NCBI GenBank assembly: GCA_002269645.1 | Contig: NIVC01003175.1 | Location: 50,151 to 114,150 of the forward strand | Length of the DNA: 64,000 bases | DNA from: Macrostomum lignano | Lineage: Eukaryota | Reading direction: 5' to 3' | Shown here: positions 1 through 12,175 of the stretch, piece by piece | Position numbering within the stretch: position 1 is the first letter of the stretch | How the letters are laid out: each line of letters opens with the position of its first letter | Notes under the pieces: generated by a model | Database searches by the model: none | What the model saw: the letters and a program-made list of their open reading frames with translations, nothing else | What the model was told of the DNA's origin: nothing | Translations under genes and position numbers: made by a program

Positions 1-421
1 TAAAATAAAGTTAGGGCCGCTGTACACTCCTGTGTGAGTGTGTGCCTGCGTACGTATCCGCGCGCTTGTATGCCTGCTCAGGGGAGTCGGCGGAATGGGC
101 AGCAATGCCTCTCGCCGGTTGTGTGACAATGTCGCTTAAAGTGCGCCAGGGTGCACATGCTGCAGCCCCCCGCCTCTAACTAAAAAACTAACTCCGGTAA
201 ACGCAAAAAAGCACTGATTTCAAGTTTGCAAAACAGACAGAATGAGACAGGAAAAATCAGACAGAGCAAGCAGTTTCCGAGTTTCACAAATGGAGCATCA
301 AAACGTAAACGGGAAAAAACATAAAAGGTTGCAAAGTCGTTACAGACATCTGTGTTCTTGGTTCGCTTTCCGGAGCAGCACAAGGGCGCATGGAGACCTT
401 GCTCAGCTCCAGGGCAGCAGC

Positions 422-1183
422 TCAGTCAAACGGCGACACGCACTGGCAGTAGCCTCCACCTGAGTACACATAGTTGTCAGTGGGCAGGTCAAGCAAGAGT
501 CCGTTAAGGTAGACCCCAGCTCTATCTTCCACACCTTCATGGTTGTTCGGCTCTCCGCTGCTCCACAGTGCAGCCGAGATGTTGAGACCGCAGCTGGCCC
601 ACTGCCAGCCTTCTGACGGCTCCGAGCTGCCCGGCAGCTGCCAGCCTCCCACGTAAACTGTGTTGACGGCCGCCACGCCAGCCAGTTGCTCGGCCGCCAG
701 CTTTCCGACTTTGTCTCGCGCCGCTGCATCACTCAGCTCGGCCATGATGACGAGTCCAGCCTCCGCGTCGCACATCTCCTTGCACCTGGTCCAGTTTCCC
801 GCACAGCTCATGAACTTGTACTTGGTGCCGCACAGGTCGTCAGCGTAGCCAGCAGGACACAGGGCTCCCATCGGCAGTCCCGGCTGCTGCCTCACAAACA
901 GCTGTGCTGTGCGATTGCAGCTGCAGTCTCTCACGTTCTTGCTGCACCTGTGAAACACGAACAGCTGGCACGGACCGTCGGACATGCTGAACGCCTGGCA
1001 GTGCGCGACATTGGCGCAGAGCATCGAGCACGTCTTGAGGGTGGTGACCTCCGGGTGAGTTCGCACGAACTCGCTTTTCACACAGTTGAGAGCCGTGACA
1101 GCATGGAACTGAACTCTGCATTTGCTGCTGCAGATCAGAGGAGTCTGCGACAGAGCGACAATCAGGAAGCTGAGCAGCTTCAT
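422..1183 (-). CDS. Secreted PAN/apple-like + C-type lectin domain protein, copy 1 (intronless, 253 aa)
   Basis: Hydrophobic N-terminal signal (MKLLSFLIVALS). PAN-like CSMLCANVAHCQAF...CQL. CTLD hallmarks CPAGY...WTRCKEMC...YVGG...WQW...WSSGEPNN. Near-identical copy at 61240-61998. Confidence 0.85.
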   Translation of the reverse strand: MKLLSFLIVALSQTPLICSSKCRVQFHAVTALNCVKSEFVRTHPEVTTLKTCSMLCANVAHCQAFSMSDGPCQLFVFHRCSKNVRDCSCNRTAQLFVRQQPGLPMGALCPAGYADDLCGTKYKFMSCAGNWTRCKEMCDAEAGLVIMAELSDAAARDKVGKLAAEQLAGVAAVNTVYVGGWQLPGSSEPSEGWQWASCGLNISAALWSSGEPNNHEGVEDRAGVYLNGLLLDLPTDNYVYSGGGYCQCVSPFD

Positions 1184-2138
1184 CCTATTCGTGAAATAAC
1201 TTAGAATCTTGACTACAGGTTTTTTGTAGCGTTTGTGAAAGTTTCACCAGATATTGTAGCTGCCTAGACAATATCGACCAATCATGACGCTGGTGCACTA
1301 TGCAGCCTCAGGATGCGGCTAATTTGTTGGGCATGGTTTCAAACAATTAAGGAGGATATATAATTTTAATGAAGATGAGAAAATTTTCATAGCCGAGGCA
1401 ACAGTGGCTACTGTGCAGGAAAAGTAGAGTGGAGTGTATTTTATGAAAAAAAGCGTTCAGACTGCGTTCAAGGGATATTTAAACATTGATTGATTTATAG
1501 TTTTAAACTCCCTACCTTTCTTCCCCCACCCTCTCCAGCGTGCAGGATTTATTTTGCCTATGGTTGAACGTCATGGTCTATGATTAAAATAGAATCAGTC
1601 TAAGACTTATGAACATTCAAAAATCGTTACATTACTTGCAGTGAGTCCATTTAATTATTTTGCTGTGCGACGTACTTTGTAATGTAAATTTGAAAGATGG
1701 ATTTACATTCTCTGTCTTCACATTGAAGTACATAGCAAAAGTTTTGCTTTTTTAGTTTGTTGTCATTACCAATAAATAACGCTGCAGATTTCGTTCTTTT
1801 AACACGAGACAAGTTGCTGCTATTAGTAACTGACCCTCAAGTCACTGATGGTGGTTCGACCCACTTAGCTCCTGACCAGCTTGACCCACTCAGCCTAATC
1901 AAACAAAATTAAACCTTTTAAAAGGAATATTTGAATCACTTTTGGACAATTTCTGGAACAAAAGCGAAAACGATGTTCAACTTCAAGCTACGTGAAAATT
2001 TATGTGCCTTCTTTCTCCTTTATTTCTAGCCACTGTGACGAATATTGCTGTTCATAGGAATAAATAAATACTAACACAGACTGGGATGTTGCTACTGTTT
2101 GAAACAAACCTATTTTATCCTTCACTGTCCAAAGTCTC

Positions 2139-5100
2139 TCATTGAATGAGCTTCTTCTTGAGCTCCAGAGCGGAGAAGAACATGCCGACAGCGCCGCTCA
2201 GAGCGCCGAACAAGATGATGCAGACGCGAACAAAAACGCCGAATGCGTTGAGCTGCTTCCGTTTGAGCACCAGGTGAAACCACGCCGGAAAGATGAAGCA
2301 GAGGCAGGTGCCAGTGAAGGAGCCGACCAGGCCCATCAGGAGGGCAAAGTGGGGTACCAGCATCGACAGGAATAGGCCAGCGGTCATGATGAGGGACCGG
2401 GTGAGCAGGATCCACAGCCAGTGCAAGCTGCCGTTGCGGTGGAAGGTCGGGTGGAAGGCGCCAAGGAAGGTCGCATCGAATCGCTCGATAACCACGAAGA
2501 TGACGAGCGGCATGCTGGAGCGGTTCGGGCGCGGGGTGTGCTGCTGGTTTATTTGTTGAGGACGATAGAAACGCTGGAGACAATGAGTATGAGCTAGCAA
2601 TCAGTGGCTGCTCAACTTTTACATCTTCAATAAGCGGTTTCCTGTCGGGACTCTAATCAGCTATAACAGTGCCCCTTCAAGACACACTGATCAGCTATAA
2701 CAATGCCCCTTCAAGACACACTGATCAGCTATAACAATGCCATTCAAGACACACTGATCAGCTATAACAATGCCCCTTCAAGACACATTAATGAGCTATA
2801 ACAATGCCATTCAAGACACACTGAACAGCTATAACAATGCCCCTTCAAGACACACTCATCAGCTATAACAATGCCCCTTCAAGACACACTGATCAGCTAT
2901 AACAATGCCCCTTCAAGACACACTGAACAGCTATAACAATGCCCTTCAACACACACTGATCAGCTACAACAATGCCCCTTCAAGACACACTGATCAGCTA
3001 TAACAATGCCCCTTCAAGACACACTGATCAGCTATAACAATGCCATTCAAGACACACTGATCAGCTATAACAATGCCCCTTCGAGACACACTGATCAGCT
3101 ATAACAATGCCCCTTCAAGACACTGATCAGCTATAACAATGCCCCTTCAACACACACTGATCAGCTATAACAATGCCCCTTCAAGACACACTCATCAGCT
3201 ATAACAATGCCCCTTCAAGACACACTGATCAGCTATAACAATGCCCCTTCAAGACACACTGATCAGCTATAACAATGCCATTCAAGACACACTGATCAGC
3301 TATAACAATGCCCCTTCAAGACACATTAATGAGCTATAACAATGCCATTCAAGACACACTGATCAGCTATAACAATGCCCCTTCAAGACACACTGATCAG
3401 CTATAACAATGCCCCTTCAAGACACACTGATCAGCTATAACAATGCCCCTTCAAGACACACTGATCAGCTATAACAATGCCCCTTCAAGACACACTGAAC
3501 AGCTATAACAATGCCCCTTCAAGACACACTGATCAGCTATAACAATGCCATTCAAGACACACTGATCAGTTATAACAATGCCCCTATCAAGACACACTGA
3601 TCAGCTATAACAATGCTCCTTCAACACACACTGATCAGCTATAACAATGCCCCTTCAACACACACTGATCTGCTATAACAATGCCCCTTCAAGACACACT
3701 CATCAGCTATAACAATGCCATTCAAGACACACTGATCAGTTATAACAATGCCCCTATCAAGACACACTGATCAGCTATAACAATGCTCCTTCAACACACA
3801 CTGATCAGCTATAACAATGCCCCTTCAAGACACACTGATCAGCTATAACAATGCCATTCAAGACACACTGATCAGCTATAACAATGCCCCTTCAAGACAC
3901 ACTGATCAGCTATAACAATGCCTTCTGATCCACAGTTTAATCCATAGCAATTCTCCTCGAGACAACTGGGACTCAACCAATCGACAGTCAAAGGACGCTG
4001 GGTGCATATTCAATTACCAAAGGTATATATAGAGCTCATGACTAACCTGAAGAATACGTTGACAAAGATGAGCGAATTCGAGATGAAGCTAAAATCGGCG
4101 TCAACCTCCAGATTGCGGCCGAACTCCTGCTCAGTGGCCATGCCGAATATGAGCACAGCCATGACGCCCATGACGGTCTTGACAATGGCGGCCACCCCGA
4201 ACGACACGGTGAGCATGGCCGGGTAGCTGTTTGGCCGGCGCATGCACTCCTCGATGCCGGGGAACACGGCGTGGGCGCAGTAGGAGAACACGATGATGCC
4301 GAAGCTAACGGGGAAGCTGGTTGGATCGAAGCCGGGCATGTTGGTCAGCGCCAGCTGGTCGAAGTGCATGAAGCAGAAGACCAGCACGGACACGATGCTA
4401 GACATCAGGCTGGCCACCGCCAGCATGCTGAACCAGGAGATGAAGGACATTCGCGTGATGAACGTGAGCGGCAGGGTGGCGTAGGTGCTGATGCAGCTCC
4501 AGTGATAGATGTTCAGCGATGGCACTCGCTCCTTCATCAGCGAGGAGCTGGTGCTGGCCAGCAGGATGATGTACAGGCACATCCCGCCGAACATCTCCAC
4601 CACGGAGACGATTGTGACGGCGCGCCGGCCGAACCGGGGCCAGACCATGGCGCCGACATCCGGGTAGGATTTCAGGTAGCGGACTCGGCGCCCGGTGCGC
4701 GGACAACCGGTGTAGAGACAGTCGACTAGCAGACAGCCGGTGTAGCAGCACAGGGCGGCGACCAGACAGATGACCCCGATGGAGGCCCAGCTGCCGCGGC
4801 TGACCGCGTAGGGCACGCCCATGATGCCGATGCCCTGCACCAGATTGGTCACGTTGAATCCGGCCGCGAAGGCCGAGTTGTTCCGGTCCTCGCACGGCAC
4901 CTCGTGGATTGACTGCTGAGTGTAGCTGCGAATCTTGTGCACGCTGGACATGAACCGGTTGGACATTGTCCTCGTGCGCGGCCGAAGTCCGCTGCCGACT
5001 GACGATTGCGCCCGTTGGTGCCTGGACCCGGTGACGCCGCTGGCGCTGAACTGCTCGCTAGAGACCTCCATCAGCTCCTCATCCTCGCGCACCGTGGTCA

Positions 5101-5248
5101 GGTAGGGACCAGTGCCCGCGCGGCCTCGGCCGCCGGAGCTGCTGGCGCCGGGGTCATTGATAACAAAAGAGCTCTCGTCCGTCTGCGTGTAGCTGACGCA
5201 GGTGCTCGGACCCACGATTGGCACCTTCTCGTCGCCGTGGTCGGACAT
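2139..5248 (-). CDS. SLC32/VIAAT-like amino-acid transporter (Aa_trans family), 2 exons
   Basis: Exon 1 5248-4047 ends TTCTTCAG|GTTAGT. Exon 2 2514-2139 starts ctccag|CATGCCG. The join reads FVNVFFSMPLVIF in frame. Motifs FNVTNLVQGIGIMGVPYA, CCYTG.LL..CLY, FSYCAHAVFP and GLVGSFTGTCLCFIFP match the VIAAT-like family. Many transmembrane segments. Confidence 0.85.
2655..3925. repeat. 34-bp minisatellite (TGATCAGCTATAACAATGCCCCTTCAAGACACAC)n filling the transporter intron
   Basis: Units recur at 2658, 2692, 2726 and onward; about 37 copies with minor variants. Confidence 0.95.
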
Positions 5249-5973
5249 CGGGCCAGAAGTAGCGATCGTAGAAGGAAGTGCGAACTAAACTGGTCCCGCT
5301 AGAGGCAGCTCGGGAGATTCAGAGAAGTAGTAAAGACACCTACATGTAATTGGGTTGTAAAGCGAGCAACCTGTTAGACATTTCTTATCGAGTCAAATAC
5401 TCGGCATTATCAAACTGTGCAATCGGAAGCGCGTGACAGTCTCTTTGACCTGGGGAGCGCCGCGTTGCTTATCTACCTGCCTAGAGGGGGGGGGGCGGAA
5501 CACGCGCAAGGCTGGTGATCAGAAATAATCGATTGACTCGGGGCATTTTAAACTGCTCACTGCGCAGCAGGTGCCTACCTTATCTCTGCTGGCCCTATCT
5601 CTCAATGAAACACGCATGCGCACACACCCAAAGGTGCGCCTTGGTTTTACTACTTTGAGAGATATGGGAAAAGTTTATAGTAAATTTTTGTGCCGATTCA
5701 AACCCGCTGGGCCAATGTTGAGGCACCCTGCTATCTTACTGCTGCATGGAGTCGACTTTCGAGAGATTTGGCTGGTCTCTTCTGGGGTCAAGCCGGCTCA
5801 AACAAACTATTACAATAGGCATTGTAAAACTGGACTCTAACCTTACTGTCTGATTTTTACTTACCAAATCTTACAATGAAGATTGACGCCCGATCGGTCT
5901 AAGCCACTCGGTTGCTTGAGAGCGCGCTAGAGTTGTTTTCAACTTTATATCATAAATCAATCCTGCACACCTG

Positions 5974-6233
5974 GGGCCTTTTCATATTACCAGTTCCAGA
6001 ACCAGAATCGGTTCGGAATTCCAAGAAAAACAGCAGTATAACTATTAAACTCTGTTAATATTTGACTGCCTTAACAACCTAACTTAGCACAATTATTTAC
6101 TTTCTTCTTGGCCATTGTCATTCAATAATAAAAACTTTATAGTACGTATCTCCGTCTAGTTATGGAGACAAAAAGTTATACTTCACAAATTGGTTCTGGT
6201 TCTGGAACCAGAGCAAGCAATATGAAAAGGCCC
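5974..6233. mobile_element. PIF/Harbinger-type MITE, 260 bp
   Basis: Terminal inverted repeats GGGCCTTTTCATATT (5974) and AATATGAAAAGGCCC (ends 6233). 3-bp CTG duplication at 5971-5973 and 6234-6236. Internal inverted GTTCCAGAACCAGAA / TTCTGGTTCTGGAAC. Superfamily inferred from the 3-bp CWG duplication and GGGCC ends. Confidence 0.7.
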
Positions 6234-6489
6234 CTGGTTGCCATGTACAAAATATGCAATGAACGAGCAAGCGTACATCTGCACAATCAACTTCTCCTAA
6301 CTGTTTATTAGTTACACTACCGTAGATTGAGCACGTTGGCTCTCGGTTAGAGTTTATTCAGGTGCCCTGCTAAGGTTAGCGACTTACTATATGCCGTATA
6401 GAGTAGACTCATCTTGTACAGTACAGTACTCGGAGCCAGTGCGATTGAGTCTGTTGTTGTTCTGTCTGCCTGTCTGTCTATCTTATCTA

Positions 6490-7401
<912 letters not shown>

Positions 7402-7489
7402 CTACTAGATAGATGTATCTAGTAGTAGAGACAGTAGTAGTCCTACTCCTACTACTCTAGTAGTAGAGTAGTAGGAGTCTATCTATCTA

Positions 7490-7550
7490 CGAATAAATAA
7501 ACCCTGACGAAGGCCCAGTCCAGGCCGAAACATCGGTTTCTGAATATTCG
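7490..7550 (+). ncRNA. Type I hammerhead ribozyme-like motif, copy 1
   Basis: Core CUGACGA (7504-7510), extra A, helix II GGCC/GGCC with loop CAGUCCA, GAAA (7527-7530), then CAUC. Helix I is AAACC/GGUUU plus CGAAUA/UAUUCG across an internal loop. Helix III is vestigial. Confidence 0.55.
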
Positions 7551-8331
7551 ACAACTAACGTTCTTCAATATTTCCGTGTGTGTGGTTTGCAGTTTGAAGC
7601 TGCCTTTTGCATATCTATTACCCAGGATTGGATTATTGAGGCTCGCCATGTTTGTCAACAAAAAGTCTATGTATATTTTCCGCTAAAAATCTACTCGGGA
7701 TAAGCAAGAGTACTATTTCTGCAGCTGCAAATATTAAATGTACGACTACTACTACTCTACTACTACTACTTCTACTACTACTACAACAACAACTACTACT
7801 ACTACTACTGCAACTACTATAGTGCTACTACTACTGACAATCTAGCTTCAACTGATCGGCAGTGCCCAGTCGCCTGTGACCAGGGGCTGTGCAGGCGGCG
7901 ATCTGTGACCAGACGCCGCCAACTGCGTCTCGCGTGGCCTGTCTGGCTACCCAATTAATTACTGTATATGAATTCAATAGTTACATCTAATTATTTACAC
8001 TTATTTATGCAAAGTTCTCAGTGCTCTGTATTAATTTAATATTTGTTTTTTTTTCTACGGGCGTAATTAACTTATTTGTTGAACTTTTCAAGATGCTTAG
8101 TCATACACTTCTACGCTTTAAATCTGGTTTTCTATAGCACCTAACATCTTTATTTTTGTGCAAGGCTTTAGCTGCAAGACTTTAACCAATCAGCGTGCTT
8201 CAACTCACGTTTTTAACTAATTATACGTACACATCTTTACTCAACACTGCTCAGTGCACCCCCAAAAGTCGCATATATATATTGAAATTATGTTAAAATA
8301 ACTTCACAGCCAATTTATTTGTTTTTAAACC

Positions 8332-8396
8332 CGAATAAATAAATAAACCCTGACGAAGGCCCAGTCCAGGCCGAAACATCGGTTTCTGAATATTCG
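8332..8396 (+). ncRNA. Type I hammerhead ribozyme-like motif, copy 2
   Basis: Core and helices identical to 7490-7550. Confidence 0.55.
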
Positions 8397-8457
8397 ACAA
8401 CTAACGTTCTTCAATATTTCCGTGTGTGTGGTTTGCAGTTTGAAGCTGCCTTTTGCA

Positions 8458-8460
<3 letters not shown>

Positions 8461-8552
<92 letters not shown>
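8461..8552. repeat. (ATCT)n microsatellite
   Basis: Directly visible. Confidence 0.95.
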
Positions 8553-8553
8553 A

Positions 8554-8860
8554 GGAGTTGTAGCCTATGGTGGTTAGAGCGTCGGACTCACGACTGAAAC
8601 GTCGGGATTCGATTCCCGATCCCATTGGAACAATTTGTGTCCTTGAGCAAGACACTTAACTCCGCATTGCTTCAGTTCACCCAGCTGTAAAATGGGTGCC
8701 AGCATTAGCTGGGGTAATTGAGGTTGTGTGTGGCGACCCCCCCCCCCCCAGTCCTTGGACTGAACAGCCGTACGCAGCCTTCAGATACGCCGTGCAATAG
8801 CTGCGGCTGAGCTGTCGGTTGCTCATCTGGCCATCAGGGCAGCTGCAGTAAATAATAATA
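8554..8860 (+). mobile_element. tRNA-derived CORE-SINE
   Basis: A-box-like TAGCCTATGGTGG and B-box-like GGGATTCGATTCCC. Central GTGTCCTTGAGCAAGACACTTAAC...CAGCTGTAAAATGGG resembles the MIR/CORE domain (GTGACCTTGGGCAAGTCACTTAAC...CATCTGTAAAATGGG). (AAT)n tail. Confidence 0.75.
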
Positions 8861-9055
8861 TGATTATTGAAATGAAAATAATTGCAACATACCAACGGCA
8901 AATACTCTAGGCTTTCTTGTTTTAGAGTCATAGTCAAACAGCGAAAAATGCACATTACAAATTTAATTACACGCAATATTTAATGCACAGGTACGCATAG
9001 CACAGGTATTAATAATGTAACAGAATACGGATACATAGCTGCTATGGCCGGCATA

Positions 9056-10486
9056 TCAAGGCTTGAGCAGCGGAATGCCCAGCTCAGCCCGCAGCTTGTT
9101 TGCCTCTCTGATCTCTTCCTCCTCGCGGTCGCGGTTCCGCTGTTGCCGATCCCGATCCCGGTCCCGTCGATCGCCTGAGTCCCGCCTCGGCCTCTTCCGT
9201 TCGCCGCGGTCTTTATCCTTGTCTTTGTCCTTGTCTCGCCTGTCTTTATCCTTATTATGGTGCCGGTCTTTGTCCTTGGCCGATGATTTGCCGTCCTTGC
9301 CGCCGCCGCTGCTGTCTTTTTTGTCCTTCTTGCGCTTCTTCTTCGAATCACCGCCGCCGCCGTTGTCGACAGTTTTGCGGCGTCGTTCGGCTGGCGACCT
9401 TGACCTCGATTTGGACTTTGACCTTGACCTGGACCTGCAATGTACACGCATGCATGCATAAATATAATTTGACTACTAGTATAATTTCAAGGCGCAGAGT
9501 TTACATGTATACGGCTTTCAATTAGAAAGTCAGGGCTGCTGTACACCCCGTGTGAGCGTGTTCGTGCTCAGAGGTCAGCGATATTGGCATGACTGCTGGC
9601 TGCGGGTTGCCTGCCCACTTTGATTAGCGCCACTGCTTAAAGCCCCTTAATAACAAGCGCATTAAGGCCCACACAGGTAACAAGTAGATAGAATTGCGCA
9701 CCTTGATCGGGACCGTCGCCTCTGTCGATGGTGCTGCTGACTGTGACGATGGTGCTGTTGCCTGTGCGGCGGCGGCGATGGCCGCTTTGGCGGCGGCGAG
9801 ACGTTGTCGCGGCGTCGCGGACTTGGCGAAGCTGACGACCTTCTATCGCTGCCGTCTCGACTGGCGTCCTCTCCGTCGTCATCCTCATCGGCGGCCAAGG
9901 CATCCTCCAGGCGGACATCCTGAAGCTCCTCGTCGAGCAGCGAGACCCTGGGATCAAGTTCGTTTTCCTCTTCTAGCACCTGTCGCTTCTGCAGCCGCGG
10001 CAAGATGACATCGCAGGAGCGCTCCTCGCGCAACAGTTCGTCAACGAATTCGTCCATATGGATGATGGAGAAGGCGCCCTGCCGGTCGATGCGCTTGAGC
10101 TTGCGATAGTCATTATAAAGCGGCTCCAAGTAGCGATAGCACTCAAGCGAATCTTGAGTCAGCCGCAGGTAGAACATGCCGAGAGCGCGAGCATATTTAT
10201 GATCTTTCTGGCGAATGAACTCGATAATGATGTCCTTGGCTGGCTGGATCTGCAGCATCTTCAATGTCAGGCAGAGAAACGGAGTCGGTTTAATGTTGCC
10301 GCCGTGTACTCCGCCGATGTACTTGAGAGCGACGGCCCGTTCAACAAGCAGCTCCTCGTTGACGGCGAAGCACTCCTCCTTCCAGTATCGGCACTCGTAG
10401 ATTCGGGAGCGAATGATTTTTTCTATCAAATACTGCGGATTGGTGCCGTGCACCGTGTGCGCGTCCTTCACAGTGCGATTGGCCAT
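9056..10486 (-). CDS. PRPF38A: Pre-mRNA splicing factor 38A, 2 exons, with RS/RD-rich tail and a C-terminal HIND-like motif
   Basis: MANRTVKDAHTVHGTNPQYLIEKIIRSRIY...KPTPFLCLTLKMLQIQP is the PRP38 signature. Exon 1 10486-9702 (AAG|GTGCGC), exon 2 9434-9056 (ttgcag|G). The join reads RSRSRSRS in frame. Confidence 0.95.
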
Positions 10487-10689
10487 GCGGACAGCAATGC
10501 GGTGTTTTTGATGCTAATACTACTCACAGTAGCGCTGGGATAGTGGAGTTTCAAATTAGACTAAACTAAGCTTTGGAATTAACTATACCTTTAGCATTTT
10601 GGTCTGGGAATACTCGTAAAAATCAAACTTACACCAAACCCCAGACAGACTAATTGGGGAGGGAGTTGCTAAGATATTAAGGCTCCTGG

Positions 10690-12175
10690 GAATTTTCTGA
10701 GATGTCAAGCCTCGGGGGAATTGCTGAAATGTCAAGGCTTACGGGGGAATTGGTTGAGAAGTCAAGGCTTACGGGGGAATTGGTTGAGAAGTCAAGGCTT
10801 ACGGGGGAATTGGTTGAGATGTCAAGGCTTACGGGGGAATTGGTTGAGATGTCAAGGCTTACGGGGGAATTGGTTGAGATGTCAAGGCTTACGGGGGGAA
10901 TGACTGAGAAGTCAAGGCTTACGGGGGAATTGGTTGAGATGTCAAGGCTTACGGGAGAATTGGTTGAGATGTCAAGGCTTACGGGGGAGTTGGTTGAGAT
11001 GTCAAGGCTTACGGGGGAGTTGGTTGAGATGTCAAGGCTTACGGGGGGAATGGTTGAGATTTCAAGGCTTAGGGGGGGAATGACTGAGATGTCAAGGCTT
11101 ACGGGGAGGAATGACTGAGATGTCAAGGCTTAGGGGGGGGGAATGACTGAGATGTCAAGGCTTAGGGGGGGGGAATGACTGAGATGTCAAGGCTTAAGGG
11201 GGAATTGGTTGAGATGTCAAGGCTTAAGGGGGAATTGGTTGAGATGTCAAGGCTTAGGGGGGGGATGACTGAGATGTCAAGGCTTAAGGGGGAATTGGTT
11301 GAGATGTCAAGGCTTAAGGGGGAATTGGTTGAGATGTCAAGGCTTAGGGGGGGGGGAATGACTGAGATGTCAAGGCTTAGGGGGGGAATGACTGAGATGT
11401 CAAGGCTTAGGGGGGGAATGACTGAGATGTCAAGGCTTAGGGGGGGGGAATGACTGAGATGTCAAGGCTTAGGGGGGGGGAAATGACTGAGATGTCAAGG
11501 CTTAAGGGGGAATTGGTTGAGATGTCAAGGCTTAAGGGGGAATTGGTTGAGATGTCAAGGCTTAGGGGGGGGATGACTGAGATGTCAAGGCTTAAGGGGG
11601 AATTGGTTGAGATGTCAAGGCTTAAGGGGGAATTGGTTGAGATGTCAAGGCTTAAGGGGGAATTGGTTGAGATGTCAAGGCTTAGGGGGGGGGGAATGAC
11701 TGAGATGTCAAGGCTTAGGGGGGAATGACTGAGATGTCAAGGCTTAGGGGGGGAATGACTGAGATGTCAAGGCTTAGGGGGGGGAATGACTGAGATGTCA
11801 AGGCTTAGGGGGGGGAATGACTGAGATGTCAAGGCTTAGGGGGGGAATGACTGAGATGTCAAGGCTTAGGGGGGAATGACTGAGATGTCAAGGCTTGGGG
11901 GGGAATGACTGAGATGTCAAGGCTTAGGGGGGGGGGGAAATGACTGAGATGTTAAGGCTTAGGGGGTTGGGGGAATGACTGAGATGTCAAGGCTTAAGGG
12001 GGAATTGGTTGAGATGTCAAGGCTTACGGGAGGAATGACTGAGATGTCAAGGCTTAGGGGAGGAATGACTGAGATGTCAAGGCTTAAGGGGGAATTGGTT
12101 GAGATGTCAAGGCTTACGGGAGGAATGACTGAGATGTCAAGGCTTAGGGGAGGGGGGATGATTGAGATGTCATGG
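10690..12175. repeat. About 30-bp minisatellite (GAGATGTCAAGGCTTA...GGGGGAATTGGTT)n with variable G-runs
   Basis: 30-bp period visible at 10741-11040. Related degenerate units at 40100-40730. Confidence 0.95.

Larger units (their letters stand above)
7490..8465 (+). mobile_element. Non-autonomous element with about 130-bp direct terminal repeats, each with a hammerhead-ribozyme-like motif (Penelope-like or retrozyme-like)
   Basis: 7490-7618 is repeated at 8332-8465. The element is flanked on both sides by (ATCT)n. No internal ORF. Confidence 0.6.

Noticed and set aside
686-1204. Antisense ORFs over the lectin, transporter, PRPF38A, TENT2 and FREM1-like genes
   Set aside because: Shadow frames of GC-rich coding sequence with no independent motifs.
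1846-1895. GGTTCGACCC B-box-like motif
   Set aside because: No A box at a suitable distance and no cloverleaf.
8554-8625. Possible tRNA gene
   Set aside because: Only A and B boxes are recognisable. I could not build a convincing acceptor stem, and the sequence continues into a CORE domain and tail, so it is a SINE head.
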